Below, one piece after another: positions 49,540 to 59,700 of a stretch of DNA of 64,000 nt. Every line of letters starts with the position of its first letter. Positions within the stretch are counted from its first letter, which is position 1. Source of the DNA: an uncultured Eubacteriales bacterium (GTDB taxonomy: Bacteria; Bacillota; Clostridia; Oscillospirales; Oscillospiraceae); the NCBI GenBank assembly GCA_900544975.1, contig UQXI01000007.1, positions 4,285-68,284 on the forward strand, given 5' to 3'. The notes below the pieces were generated by a model, which was given only the letters and a program-made list of their open reading frames with translations, had not been told where the DNA came from and made no database searches. The position numbers and the translations under genes are program-made.

Positions 49540-50936
49540 AGGCTCCTCACCAAGTCTTTAAAGTGCTGGCCCCGGACCATAAAGTTCCGGAACTTGTCAA
49601 AGGCTGCGCTGGCTGGAGACAGGAGCACCACATCTCCCGGCTCCGCTCCCCCGGCCGCCTGCCGGACTGCCTGGTCAAAATCTTCAATAAAAAGAATCTC
49701 CGGCTGGTATTCCCGGTACTCTGGGGCCGCCAGCACCGCCTGGCGGATCTTTTCTCCGGTGGCGCCTGTCACAATGAGCCGCTTTACATGGCGGCAAATT
49801 TCCGGCCCCAGGGCGTCGTAGGGGATGTGCTTGTCATAGCCCCCGGCAATGAGGATGACCTTCTGAGGGAAGCTCCTGAGCCCCGCAATGGTGCGGCTGG
49901 GGCTGGAGGCGATGGAGTCGTTATAAAACCGAACGCCGTCTTTCTCCCGGACCAACTCAATCCGGTGCTCCACTCCGCCAAAGGTCTGGGCCACCTGCCG
50001 GGCGGTCTCGTCCGAAACCAGGCCCTCCACCGCTGCCAGGGCGGTCATATAGTTTTCCACGTTGTGCATGCCAGGCAGCAAAATATCCGTCTGCGCCATG
50101 ATCGCCTGGGGCCCAGACGGAGCGGCCCGGTATAGGACGCCGTCCTCCAGATAGACGCCCCGATCCGGGCGGCCCTGCCGGGAAAACCAGCGAACCTGCC
50201 CCGGGGCCTCGGCGGCAAAGCTCCGGGTGATGGCATTGTCCCCATTCAGGACCAGGACGTCCCCGGCTCCCTGGTAAGAGAACACATGCTTCTTGGCCTC
50301 CACATACTCCGCCATGTCCCTGTGCACATCCAAATGATTGGGGGCCAGGTTGGTTACCACGGCAATGTGGGCGCTGCGGTCCATATCCATCAGCTGGAAG
50401 GAGCTGAGCTCCACCACGGCCCAGTCCGAAGGAGCCATGCGCTCTGCTTCCGGGAGCAGAGGCTTTCCGATGTTGCCGCCCACCCAGACGGTCTTCCCGG
50501 CTGCCTGGAGCATCTCTGCAATGAGGGTGGTGGTGGTGGTCTTTCCGTCTGAGCCGGTGACAGCAATCACAGGGCAGGGGCAGACCTGGAAGAACACCTC
50601 CATCTCTGAGGTCACCACCGCTCCCTGGCTCCGCAGCGCCTCCAGGGCCGGGTTCGCCGGGTGCATCCCCGGGGTGCGAAACACCACGTCCGCCTCCAGG
50701 CGGTCCAGATATCCCGGGCCAAGACGGAGTTCCAGCCCCTGTTCCTCCAGCTCCAGCACCTCCCGGTCCAGGTGTTCCCGGTCTGTCCGGTCGCAGCCGG
50801 TGACCCGGCATCCGGCCGCCAGCAACAGCCTGGCCAGGGGCCGGTTGCTGACTCCCAACCCCAAAATTAACAGCCGCTTCTGCCGCCATTCGGTCAAAAG
50901 CGTCTCTAATTTCCCATTCGCCATACCAATCCTCAA
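49536..50936 (-). CDS. murD: UDP-N-acetylmuramoyl-L-alanine--D-glutamate ligase
   Basis: Mur ligase motifs VIAVTGSDGKTTTT and AVVELSSFQL, plus the C-terminal region, are present. Confidence 0.85.
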   Translation of the reverse strand: MRIGMANGKLETLLTEWRQKRLLILGLGVSNRPLARLLLAAGCRVTGCDRTDREHLDREVLELEEQGLELRLGPGYLDRLEADVVFRTPGMHPANPALEALRSQGAVVTSEMEVFFQVCPCPVIAVTGSDGKTTTTTLIAEMLQAAGKTVWVGGNIGKPLLPEAERMAPSDWAVVELSSFQLMDMDRSAHIAVVTNLAPNHLDVHRDMAEYVEAKKHVFSYQGAGDVLVLNGDNAITRSFAAEAPGQVRWFSRQGRPDRGVYLEDGVLYRAAPSGPQAIMAQTDILLPGMHNVENYMTALAAVEGLVSDETARQVAQTFGGVEHRIELVREKDGVRFYNDSIASSPSRTIAGLRSFPQKVILIAGGYDKHIPYDALGPEICRHVKRLIVTGATGEKIRQAVLAAPEYREYQPEILFIEDFDQAVRQAAGGAEPGDVVLLSPASAAFDKFRNFMVRGQHFKDLVRSL

Positions 50937-51045
50937 TTCCGCGCAAGACGCGCCATTCTTCTACCCTAGTATAGCCATTTTGCCGGGAGTTTGCAAGCCG
51001 CTTTTGAACGGGAACCCCGGATTGCCGGCTGGGGGAGAAAAAGTT

Positions 51046-51074
51046 TTGACAATTCCACTGAAATCAGCTACAAT
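51046..51074 (+). promoter_or_regulatory. Consensus sigma-A promoter TTGACA-17-TACAAT driving RNase P RNA
   Basis: ttgaca attccactgaaatcagc tacaat lies ~5 nt before the predicted RNA 5' end. Confidence 0.7.
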
Positions 51075-51077
51075 AGG

Positions 51078-51427
51078 ACCGCGACCGGGTCGGACAGCCG
51101 CGGGGGGAGGCCGAAAGGCCCCCCGTGAGGAAAGTCCGGGCTCCACAGGGCAAGGATAACGGGTAACGCCCGCCGGGGGTGACCCTAGGACAAGTGCAAC
51201 AGAGAGATACCGCCTCCCTCCCGGGAGGTAAGGGTGAAAAGGTGCGGTAAGAGCGCACCCGCCCCATGGGAACATCGGGGTGCTGTAAACTCTATCCGGA
51301 GCAACACCGTGTGTGGGACAACAGGCTGGCCCGGCCGTCCCCAAGAGGTGGCTGGAACCCAGGAGCAATCCTGGGTCTAGATAGATGGCTGTCAATGACA
51401 GAACCCGGCTTATAGACCCGATCGCGC
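51078..51427 (+). ncRNA. rnpB: RNase P RNA (bacterial type A)
   Basis: Contains the universally conserved P4 strands GAGGAAAGTCCGGGCTCCACAGGGCA and ACAGAACCCGGCTTA. GGGTGAAAAGGTGCGGTAAGAGCGCACC (P10-P12, type A) is present. The P1 stem pairs gcgaccgggtc with gacccgatcgc. Confidence 0.9.
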
Positions 51428-51433
51428 CAAAGA

Positions 51434-51470
51434 GCCTGCTGCAAAATTTCACTTTTGCAACAGGCTCTTC
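51434..51470. terminator. Bidirectional hairpin terminator (gagcctgctgcaaaa-tttcac-ttttgcaacaggctc) between rnpB and convergent DUF1905 gene
   Basis: 15-bp near-perfect inverted repeat with a U-rich 3' side. Confidence 0.6.
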
Positions 51471-51473
51471 TTG

Positions 51474-51758
51474 TCATTGGGATTCCCGCCGAGGGGGTCT
51501 CTCCCGCAGGGTCACATGGATGGTGTCTCCCGGCTGTTTGCCAATTTTGTTTCGGATGTCCTTTCGGACCCCCAAAATATGACACGGCGTCTTCATCCGG
51601 ACCACTTGGCCGTCATAGGGTTCCCCATCCAACGTGGCATGGACCAGCACGCGACCCTTGCCAAATACTGCCCGGACATCCAGCGGAACCTCCACATAGG
51701 CCCCATGGGTCCCCGGAACCTGGATGATGGTTGCGTCAAATTCATACGTTTCCTGCAT
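51474..51758 (-). CDS. DUF1905 domain-containing protein
   Basis: 94-aa ORF with the DUF1905-like pattern ([19 protein letters not shown]...GDTIHVTL). Confidence 0.6.
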   Translation of the reverse strand: MQETYEFDATIIQVPGTHGAYVEVPLDVRAVFGKGRVLVHATLDGEPYDGQVVRMKTPCHILGVRKDIRNKIGKQPGDTIHVTLRERPPRRESQ

Positions 51759-51950
51759 CCTCTTTCTCCATCCTGTCAGGCGTTTTCTATGGGAAGGCGC
51801 CTGACAGTTCTATTGTAACAACCTGGGCTGCCTATGATACACTGTACAAAGAGAAACCGCTCACTCCCATAGAACGTACCATTTCTCTCATCTTGCCCCC
51901 TTGGGCCGGATGTTCCCTGTCTCCTTTTTAAGCTTGTTTGCCATTTGTCA

Positions 51951-51988
51951 AAAACGGATCTATTACAAATTTGCAACAGATCCGTTTT
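51951..51988 (-). terminator. Intrinsic terminator downstream of lysS (aaaacggatct-loop-agatccgtttt)
   Basis: 11-bp perfect stem. On the minus strand it is followed by tttttgac. Confidence 0.6.
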
Positions 51989-52049
51989 GCAAGATACACC
52001 GAAATAACCGGAAATTTCAGATCAATCCTGACCTGACAGCCCTTGCATA

Positions 52050-53552
52050 TCAGGGCTTGTCGATGGGTTTCATGGTGGGGAACAAAATGACCTCCCGGAT
52101 GGTCTCCTGTCCGGTGAGGAGCATGACGCAGCGGTCAATGCCGATGCCCAGGCCCCCTGTGGGGGGGAGGCCGTATTCCAGGGCGGTGATGTAATCCGTA
52201 TCCATCATGCCCGCTTCGTCGTCGCCGCGCTCCCGCATCTCCACCTGCTTCTGGAAGCGGGCCTTCTGGTCAATGGGATCGTTGAGCTCCGAGAAGGCAT
52301 TGCCCATTTCGCTGCGGCAAATGAAGAGCTCAAACCGCTCCGTAAGCCTGGGGTCCTTGGGAGACCGCTTGGCCAGGGGGGAGACATCCACGGGATGCAT
52401 GGTGATGAAGGTGGGCTGCACCAGCTTCCCCTCCACCTTCTGGTCAAAGCATTCATACAGGAAATTGCCCCAGGTGTGGTCCTTTTCCGGTCCCAACTCC
52501 ACGCCCACCGAGGCAGCCAGCGCCTCCGCCTCTGCATCTGTGGAGACGGACATGAAGTCCACACCCAGATACTTCTGCACGGCCTCTGCCATGGTGAGTC
52601 TGGGCCAGCCCGGAGTCAGGTCCACATCCTCGCCCATCCAGCGCACCTGGTAGGTCCCCAAAATCTCCTGGGCCGCACCAGAAAGCAGGGCTTCAAAGAG
52701 ATCCATCATATCGTGGAAATCGGCGTAGGCCTGATACAGCTCCACCGTAGTAAACTCCGGGTTGTGCTTGGGATCCATGCCCTCATTCCGGAAAATCCGC
52801 CCGATTTCATAAACCCGGTCCAGGCCCCCCACCACCAGCCGCTTCAGGTGCAGCTCCGTGGCAATGCGCATGTACATGGCAATGTCCAGGGTGTTGTGGT
52901 GGGTGACAAAGGGGCGGGCTGTGGCGCCGCCGGAGATGGTGTTGAGCACCGGGGTCTCCACCTCCATATAGCCCCGGCCATCCAGGAACCGGCGGACATA
53001 GGAGATGAATTTGGAGCGAATCTCAAAGGTGCGTCGCACCTCGGGATTGATAATCAGGTCCACATACCGCTGGCGATAGCGGGTCTCCAGGTCCGTGAGA
53101 CCGTGGAACTTTTCCGGCAGGGGCAGCAGCGCCTTGCTGAGCAGGGTGGCTTCATGGACCCGGAGGGAAATCTCTCCCTTCTGGGTGCGGAAGACATCGC
53201 CCTGGACGCCCACAATGTCGCCAATGTCCAGCTTCTTAAACCGCTCATAGGACTCGGGTGTGGTCATCTCGTCCATGCGGACATAGAGCTGGATCCGGCC
53301 GGCATAATCCTGCAAGTCGCAGAACATCACCTTGCCCATGCCCCGCTTGCTCATCATCCGGCCAGCCAGGGAAGCGTGCTTGCCCTCCATGGACTCAAAA
53401 TGCTCCTTGATTTCTGCACTGCAGGAATCGAATTCATACTTGGTCTGCGTAAAGGGGTCCATCCCCTCCGCCTGGAGCTGCGCCAGCTTCTCCCGGCGGA
53501 TCTGGACCTGATCGCTCAGAGACATCTCAGATGCGGGTACAAACTTTCCCAT
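52050..53552 (-). CDS. lysS: Lysine--tRNA ligase (class II)
   Basis: Class II motifs FRNEGMDPKHNPEFT and GGLGIGIDRCVMLLTG, plus the OB-fold anticodon-binding N-terminus. Confidence 0.95.
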   Translation of the reverse strand: MGKFVPASEMSLSDQVQIRREKLAQLQAEGMDPFTQTKYEFDSCSAEIKEHFESMEGKHASLAGRMMSKRGMGKVMFCDLQDYAGRIQLYVRMDEMTTPESYERFKKLDIGDIVGVQGDVFRTQKGEISLRVHEATLLSKALLPLPEKFHGLTDLETRYRQRYVDLIINPEVRRTFEIRSKFISYVRRFLDGRGYMEVETPVLNTISGGATARPFVTHHNTLDIAMYMRIATELHLKRLVVGGLDRVYEIGRIFRNEGMDPKHNPEFTTVELYQAYADFHDMMDLFEALLSGAAQEILGTYQVRWMGEDVDLTPGWPRLTMAEAVQKYLGVDFMSVSTDAEAEALAASVGVELGPEKDHTWGNFLYECFDQKVEGKLVQPTFITMHPVDVSPLAKRSPKDPRLTERFELFICRSEMGNAFSELNDPIDQKARFQKQVEMRERGDDEAGMMDTDYITALEYGLPPTGGLGIGIDRCVMLLTGQETIREVILFPTMKPIDKP

Positions 53553-53583
53553 AGTAACCTCTCAAATCTTGTTTTCTATTCTA

Positions 53584-54057
53584 TTATCTCGTCACATTCA
53601 GAATTTTGGCCTCAAAGCGGCCGGCAGGGGCCTCTACCGTCACCACTTCCCCGGGACCGTGGCCCACAAGCGCCCGCCCAAAGGGAGAGTCGTCGGACAT
53701 TTTCCCCAGCATGGGGTTGGCCTCCTGAGAGCCAGTGATCCGGAAATCAAAAATCTCCCCGGAGGACAGGTCCTGAATCTGGACCGTGCAGCCCAGGCCA
53801 ATGCGGCCGCTGGCTTCGTTGTCATCTTCGATGATCACGGCGTGGGCCAAAATGTCTTCGATTTCTGTAATCCGGCCAAAGAGCTTTGCCTGCTCATTTC
53901 TGGCCTCATCGTATTCGCTGTTTTCCGACAGGTCGCCCTGGGAGCGCGCTTCTTTGATATCCTCCACAACCTCCTGCATGCGGGTTGTCTTCAGGTAGTT
54001 CAGTTCCTCTTCCAGTTCTTTGACTCTTGCAGCGGTCAGCTTAAATTCCTTCGCCAT
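53584..54057 (-). CDS. greA: Transcription elongation factor GreA
   Basis: Start MAKEFKLTAARVKELEEEL. The acidic coiled-coil tip SENSEYDEA is present. Start chosen at the ATG at 54057. Confidence 0.9.
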   Translation of the reverse strand: MAKEFKLTAARVKELEEELNYLKTTRMQEVVEDIKEARSQGDLSENSEYDEARNEQAKLFGRITEIEDILAHAVIIEDDNEASGRIGLGCTVQIQDLSSGEIFDFRITGSQEANPMLGKMSDDSPFGRALVGHGPGEVVTVEAPAGRFEAKILNVTR

Positions 54058-54222
54058 AACAAATCGAGCCCTTTCTTGGGATTCGCATCCACAAATTTCA
54101 GTTTCGCCTGTGATTATAGAAGATTTTCTCAGACCAGTCAAGGTCTATTTGAGAAATTGCCCCAGTTTACGCATAAACATACAACTTCCGGCAAGGTTTT
54201 TTCCGCCCCATGGGCAGGGCCC

Positions 54223-55413
54223 TCAGGCAGCCTCTTTCAGAGCCGCAACAGCGGCCTGCAGCTGGTTATCCTTTTCATGATCCAACTGTCCCAGGTAGAG
54301 GTAGTAGGCAACTTCCTGATCCAGATCCACCGGCACATCCGGCGTGACGCCAATGCCTGTCAGATTGCGACCATTGGGCGTAAAATACTTCCCCAAGGAA
54401 ATCGACGCAGCCGATCCGTCTACCAGCGGGAAGAGCTGCTGATAATACCCCTTGCCGCTGGTCTTTGCCCCAACAATCACCGCAGCGTCATACTCCTGCA
54501 TGGCAGCGGCGAAAAATTCTGCGGCTGAGTAAGAGTGTTCGTTGACCAGAACCGCCATCGGCAGCTCCACGCAGCGGGCGTCGGAGTACGACACCTCCTC
54601 CTGGCCATCGGAGCTCTCTGTGCGAAACAGCGGCCCCTCAGGCAGAAGCGCATCCAAAATCTCCACCAACTCGGTGGTAAAGCCGCCGGGATTGTAGCGG
54701 ACATCAAAAATGAGGCTGCTCGCCCCCTGCTCCACCAGGGCATCCACTGCTGCCAAGGTCTCCTCTGCTGCTCTGGCTTCAAAATTCTCGATGGTAATGA
54801 GGCCGCTGCCAGAGGGGAGCATCTCATAGGTTGCCACCGGCAATTCAATCTGCCCCCGGGTCACGGTGAAATCCAGCTCCTGCCCATTGCGATCTACGGT
54901 GAGAACCACATTGCTTCCCGCCTCCCCCTGGATCCAGGGGGTTACCTCCGACACACCCAATTCCGCGCAACTTTGGCCGTCCACCCCAACCAACACGTCG
55001 TGGACCTGGAGCCCGGCTTTCTCTGCCCCGCCGCCTTCCGCCAATTCTACAATCTCCAGCCCAGTCTCATCCTCTCGCTGCTCCAGAGTGATGCCGACGC
55101 CCACATAGACATTGTCTCTCCGTTCTATGTGGGCCTGATACTCGGATGCGGGGATATAATAGCTCCATCGGTCTCCCGTGGCCTTCAGCATCGCCTCGGC
55201 GGCGGCATCCTCCAGGGCAGTCCGGTCCACATCTTCCACGAACTTCTGGTCAATGATGGACAGCAGCTGATACAACTTCCCCTGTTTGCTCCCATCTGTT
55301 TCCAGCCGATCCAGGAAACACAGCGATACCAGCAACGCGCCAAACGCTGCAGCGATCAGATATGTAATTGCGCGCCAAATGTTGTTTAAATATCTCTCAA
55401 ACATCCTGTTCAC
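54223..55413 (-). CDS. S41 family C-terminal processing peptidase (CtpA/CtpB-like) with PDZ domain
   Basis: PDZ-like GLQVHDVLVGVDG. Catalytic region around NEHSYSAAEFFAAAMQ (Ser) and K in GKTSGKG. Confidence 0.85.
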   Translation of the reverse strand: MNRMFERYLNNIWRAITYLIAAAFGALLVSLCFLDRLETDGSKQGKLYQLLSIIDQKFVEDVDRTALEDAAAEAMLKATGDRWSYYIPASEYQAHIERRDNVYVGVGITLEQREDETGLEIVELAEGGGAEKAGLQVHDVLVGVDGQSCAELGVSEVTPWIQGEAGSNVVLTVDRNGQELDFTVTRGQIELPVATYEMLPSGSGLITIENFEARAAEETLAAVDALVEQGASSLIFDVRYNPGGFTTELVEILDALLPEGPLFRTESSDGQEEVSYSDARCVELPMAVLVNEHSYSAAEFFAAAMQEYDAAVIVGAKTSGKGYYQQLFPLVDGSAASISLGKYFTPNGRNLTGIGVTPDVPVDLDQEVAYYLYLGQLDHEKDNQLQAAVAALKEAA

Positions 55414-55467
55414 ATCCTTGAAAATGGTTCGCAGAGGCTGCCTCTTATGAGACAGCCTCCTGCAACG

Positions 55468-56805
55468 TTAAATATAATCCATGGGGTTGACGGTGGAACC
55501 GTTGTAATAAATGGTAAAATGAAGATGGGGACCTGTGGACCAGCCGGTGCTGCCCACATAGCCGATGACCTCACCCTGGGAGACATACTCCCCGGCGGAA
55601 ACCACATAGTGGGTCATATGCCCATACAGGCTGGAATAGCCGTCGCCATGGTTGATGGTGACATAGTTGCCGTAGACGTCGCTGTATGTAGCCGTGGTCA
55701 CGGTGCCGCTGCGGGTGGCATAAATTGGCGTGCCCTCCGCCGCGCCCAGGTCCACGCCGGTATGGAAGCTCCAAGCTCCGGTCACCGGGTGCACCCGATA
55801 GCCATAGGCGCTGGTCACAGCCACCCGGTAGGGGAGCGGATACAGCCATCCAGAGGAAGACGAACTGCTGCCACTGCTGCCGCCGCTCTCGCCGCCTCCT
55901 TCTTCTTCGCTGCCGCCGTTGTTTTCCTCTTCCTGCCTGCGGTTCTCCTCTTCTTGCCGACGGTTTTCTTCTTCCTGTCTGCGCCGCTCCTCTTCCTGCC
56001 TTCTGGCCTCTTCTTCCTGCGCCAAAGCGGCGGTGTACTCCTGCTCTTTTTGCGCAATTTCGTCGGTCAGCGCCGCTTCTTTGTCCTCGTATGAGACATA
56101 GAGGCTGTCCAACTTGGCGGCGTCAGCGGTCAGCTCTGCCAGAATGGCGTTTGCCTCTGCGCTCTTCTCGTCCAACTCCGCCTGGCTCACTGCCAGAGCA
56201 GTCTTTTGGGCGTCCAGGTTGGACTTCTCCTGGGCCAGCTCTGCCTGAGCAGTCTGAATTTCCTGGGCAACCCGGTCCAACTCTGCCAACATAGCCTGGT
56301 CATGGGCTGCAATCTCGGAGATTTTGTTGATGGTATCCAGCAGATCTGTGAAGCTGTTGGCCTGAAAGAGCACGGACCAGTAAGAAATCTTGCCGCTCTC
56401 CTCCATGGTGCGAATGCGGACCCGGTACTGCTGGTTGAGCTCTGCCTGCCGGGTCTGGGCGTCGTCCAGCTCCTTTTGCTTTTCCACAATCAGCTGATTG
56501 TAGTTCTGAATCTGCGCATTCAGGTTTTCAATTTCATCGTGGATGATTTTGATCTCCTGGTCGATGTCTTTCTTCCGGGACACCACATCCCGGGTATCGG
56601 AGGCATTGGCCGCCTGCTGCTGAGCAAGTTCCTCCTTGGCCCGCTGAATTTCCTGGGCCTGGCTTTCCAAATTGTTCAGTTCCTCTTGGATGTCCGAGGA
56701 GCTGGCGGCAAATACTGTGGCGGGAATCAGACTCAGCAGCAGCGCCAGAATGAGAAGAATCGCCATCCCTGCCGCTACGGCACTCACCAGTTTTTTTCGC
56801 TTCAT
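55468..56805 (-). CDS. M23 family metallopeptidase with long N-terminal coiled-coil (EnvC/FtsEX-associated activator type)
   Basis: Signal/TM anchor followed by a coiled coil. M23 motifs HTGVDLGA and GPHLHF. Low-complexity (EEN/RRQ)n and Ser/Gly linker. Confidence 0.85.
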   Translation of the reverse strand: MKRKKLVSAVAAGMAILLILALLLSLIPATVFAASSSDIQEELNNLESQAQEIQRAKEELAQQQAANASDTRDVVSRKKDIDQEIKIIHDEIENLNAQIQNYNQLIVEKQKELDDAQTRQAELNQQYRVRIRTMEESGKISYWSVLFQANSFTDLLDTINKISEIAAHDQAMLAELDRVAQEIQTAQAELAQEKSNLDAQKTALAVSQAELDEKSAEANAILAELTADAAKLDSLYVSYEDKEAALTDEIAQKEQEYTAALAQEEEARRQEEERRRQEEENRRQEEENRRQEEENNGGSEEEGGGESGGSSGSSSSSSGWLYPLPYRVAVTSAYGYRVHPVTGAWSFHTGVDLGAAEGTPIYATRSGTVTTATYSDVYGNYVTINHGDGYSSLYGHMTHYVVSAGEYVSQGEVIGYVGSTGWSTGPHLHFTIYYNGSTVNPMDYI

Positions 56806-56835
56806 CGTGTTTTGTCCTCCTTTGTACTTCCAGCT

Positions 56836-57723
56836 TTAGACATCCAGGAACTTCCGGATGGAGGTAAAGCTACCAAAAATACCCACAAACAGGCCGGCGG
56901 CGCCGAAGGTTGCCACCATGGGCCAAATCAGCTCCATAAACGGAACAAACTGCAGCAGATTCAGAGCATCCACAGACGCAATCCAGCCCACCATGGCGTT
57001 ATACAGTCCCCACTCCAGGAAGAACGCCACCGCTGCGCCAAACATGCCCAGCAGGAAGCCCTCCACCACAAAGGGGAACCGAATAAAGGAATTGGTGGCG
57101 CCCACCATCTTCATAATTGCAATCTCGTCCCGCCGGTCATACATGGCAAGCTTGACGGTGTTGGAGATGATAAGGAGCGATACCACTAGCAGCAGCGCAA
57201 TCACCGCAGCCGAAACAATGCGCAGGATGTGCTGAATGGTGGCAAACGCCTCCGCCACGCGGTAGGGCGCATTCACCTCCGCCACGCCGGAAACCGCCTC
57301 AATCATGGGGACGGTCTCTTTCATTTTGTTGTTATCCTCCAGGGTGACCAGGAACCGGTCCCGCAGAACATCCGCCTGGATGCCCTGAAACGCGCTCTCG
57401 TCCCCCTGCTTGGCCACAAACTCCTCCAGGGCCTGTTGGCGGCTGACGAAGGTGGCTTGATGTACATTTTCAATCATGTTGATTTTGGAGCCTACGCTTT
57501 TTGCCTCTGCCTCTGTGAAGCTCTCGTCGATGTAAACCAAAATCTCTGCATCCTGCTCCACTTCTGCAACCATGATGTTCAGGTTATACAGGAGCACGGA
57601 AAAGCTTCCAATGATGACCAGGCAGGCCACTGTGACACACACTGCGGCAAAGGACATAAAACCGTGGAGGAAAATGCCCCGAATGCCCTCTTTCAACAGA
57701 TAACCGAAATTATTGCTCTTCAT
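56836..57723 (-). CDS. ftsX: Cell division ABC transporter permease FtsX
   Basis: Four-TM topology with a large extracellular loop. The C-terminal motifs MKMVGATNSFIRFPFVVEG are present. Confidence 0.85.
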   Translation of the reverse strand: MKSNNFGYLLKEGIRGIFLHGFMSFAAVCVTVACLVIIGSFSVLLYNLNIMVAEVEQDAEILVYIDESFTEAEAKSVGSKINMIENVHQATFVSRQQALEEFVAKQGDESAFQGIQADVLRDRFLVTLEDNNKMKETVPMIEAVSGVAEVNAPYRVAEAFATIQHILRIVSAAVIALLLVVSLLIISNTVKLAMYDRRDEIAIMKMVGATNSFIRFPFVVEGFLLGMFGAAVAFFLEWGLYNAMVGWIASVDALNLLQFVPFMELIWPMVATFGAAGLFVGIFGSFTSIRKFLDV

Positions 57724-58399
57724 AGTGATAATACCCGTCCATTCCGTCGCTGATTACCTTGCCATCGTCAATGGCAATGACGCGTTTGGTGAATCGCTCC
57801 ACCAGCTCCCGCTCATGGGTCACCACCAGCACCGTCGTACCCAGATTGTTGATCTCCTCCAGCAGGAGCATGATCTCATAGGACCGGGCCGGGTCCAGAT
57901 TGCCGGTGGGCTCATCGGCAATGATCATGGAAGGATTGTTCACCAAGGCTCTGGCAATGGCCACCCGCTGCTGCTCACCGCCAGAGAGCTCGCCGGGGTG
58001 ACGGCGGCCTTTGTTCTCCAGCCCCACCAACTCCAGGACATAGGGGACCCGGCTGCGGATTTCCTTCTCCCGGGCGCCAATGACCCGCATGGCAAAGGCG
58101 ACGTTTTCGTAAACGGTCTTATTGGGAATCAGGCGGAAGTCCTGGAAGACCACCCCCACCGTCCGGCGCAGATAGGGAATCTCCCGACTGCGGATGGACT
58201 CCAGATGGAACTCATTGACGAGGACGTTCCCTTCCGTGGGTTGGATCTCGCCGGTAATGAGCTTGATGATGGTGGACTTGCCGGAACCGGAGGGACCCAC
58301 CAAGAAGACAAACTCCCCGTCATCGATGTGCATGGAGATCCCCTTCAGGGCTTTGTTGCCGGTGTGGTACGCTTTTACCACATTTGTAAATTCTATCAT
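57710..58399 (-). CDS. ftsE: Cell division ATP-binding protein FtsE
   Basis: Walker [10 protein letters not shown], signature [15 protein letters not shown], Walker B IIADEPT. Confidence 0.9.
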   Translation of the reverse strand: MIEFTNVVKAYHTGNKALKGISMHIDDGEFVFLVGPSGSGKSTIIKLITGEIQPTEGNVLVNEFHLESIRSREIPYLRRTVGVVFQDFRLIPNKTVYENVAFAMRVIGAREKEIRSRVPYVLELVGLENKGRRHPGELSGGEQQRVAIARALVNNPSMIIADEPTGNLDPARSYEIMLLLEEINNLGTTVLVVTHERELVERFTKRVIAIDDGKVISDGMDGYYHYEEQ

Positions 58400-58429
58400 A
58401 ATTCCTTCGCTCCAGATAATTTGCCGAAA

Positions 58430-59524
58430 TCAGGCAGTATGAATGTCGCGGGAGGACAAATATTTCCGAACCATGAGGGCCACCTTGAAAATAATGGCGT
58501 GATCAAACTGCCGCAGATCCAGCCCGGTGAGCTTCTTGATCTTCTCCAGTCGGTACACCAGGGTATTCCGGTGGACAAAAAGCTTGCGGGAGGTCTCCGA
58601 TACGTTCAGATTGTTCTCAAAAAACTTGTTGATGGTAAACAGCGTCTCCTGATCCAGGGAATCGATGGAGTTCTTCTTGAACACCTCGGTCAGGAAAATC
58701 TCGCACAGGGTGGTGGGCAGCTGGTAAATCAGCCGGCCAATGCCCAGATTTTCGTAGTGAATGATGGTCTTCTCCGTGTCAAAGACCTTGCCCACGTCAA
58801 TGGCCGTCTGGGCCTCTTTGTAAGAGTCTGCCAGCTCCCGGAGGTGGCTGGATACGGTGCCGATGCCGATCACCGTCTTGATGAACAGCTCTGTTTTTAA
58901 GAGATCCTCCATGGACTGGGCCATCCGCCGAAGGTCGTCTGAAGTGGTGCTGGGATTGATCTGCTTGACCACCGCAATGTCTGACTCGTTGATGCTCAGC
59001 ACAAAGTCCTGAAGCCGGTCTGAGAAAATTCCCTGGAGCACCTCCACCGCCGCCACGTCCCCATGGCCCAGCTGCCGGACCAGGAAGACGGCTCTGGGGG
59101 CGTCAATGGAAAAATGCAGCTCCTTGGCGCGGACATAGATGTCGCCAGGCAGAATATTGTCCGTAAGGATGTTCTTCACAAAGGTCCCCCGGTCATGCCG
59201 CTCTTCGTAGAACACCTTTGCATCATTCAGGGCCACATAGGCCATGAGGCACATGCTCCTGGCAATCTCATCCTCGCCGCCGGAGAACACCGCATACTCA
59301 TAGTAGTTGCTATTGCCCACAATGGCTTTGAAGGTCCTGCCTCCAAAGCCCACCATGGCGTCAAAGGAGCTGCCAACCTTCAGCGCGGCGTCTGGCCATC
59401 TCTCACCCAGGAGGCTCGTGTCGCTGCAGGAGATGACAATCCCCTCCGGATCCATGACGCCCAGAACTCGGTCTGTGGCGTCTTTTAGTTGCACGATCAC
59501 ATTCTGAAAAATCCGATTGGACAT
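58430..59524 (-). CDS. PucR/CdaR family transcriptional regulator
   Basis: C-terminal PucR HTH (SETSRKLFVHRNTLVYRLEKIKKLTGLDL). Start taken at MSNRIF (ATG at 59524) with RBS AAGGAGGG. Confidence 0.75.
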   Translation of the reverse strand: MSNRIFQNVIVQLKDATDRVLGVMDPEGIVISCSDTSLLGERWPDAALKVGSSFDAMVGFGGRTFKAIVGNSNYYEYAVFSGGEDEIARSMCLMAYVALNDAKVFYEERHDRGTFVKNILTDNILPGDIYVRAKELHFSIDAPRAVFLVRQLGHGDVAAVEVLQGIFSDRLQDFVLSINESDIAVVKQINPSTTSDDLRRMAQSMEDLLKTELFIKTVIGIGTVSSHLRELADSYKEAQTAIDVGKVFDTEKTIIHYENLGIGRLIYQLPTTLCEIFLTEVFKKNSIDSLDQETLFTINKFFENNLNVSETSRKLFVHRNTLVYRLEKIKKLTGLDLRQFDHAIIFKVALMVRKYLSSRDIHTA

Positions 59525-59700
59525 GGCAGCGCCCTCCTTGCACCTCGCATCAAAACGGTAAACACAAAATCGCAAGAATATCATACACCGTTTTGGCACG
59601 TTTTGCAAGTGGCATTTGACAAATTGTTGCAAAACGGACCCGGTTTTTTATGGAATATCACATATTTTCAGGCACTTCGCCCAGTTCGCGGCGGGTATTT

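Noticed and set aside
50961-51452. 163-aa minus-strand ORF and several 60-70-aa ORFs overlapping the RNase P RNA
   Set aside because: The region encodes the structured rnpB RNA with conserved P4 and P10-12. The ORFs lack RBSs and are by-products of GC-rich RNA sequence.
52395-53738. 447-aa plus-strand ORF opposite lysS; similar long ORFs opposite murD/ispD (48502..49821), the aminotransferase (30806..31846), ABC ATPases (28199..29335) and the M23 peptidase (56206..57189)
   Set aside because: All are antisense to genes with strong, motif-level homology and give low-complexity translations.
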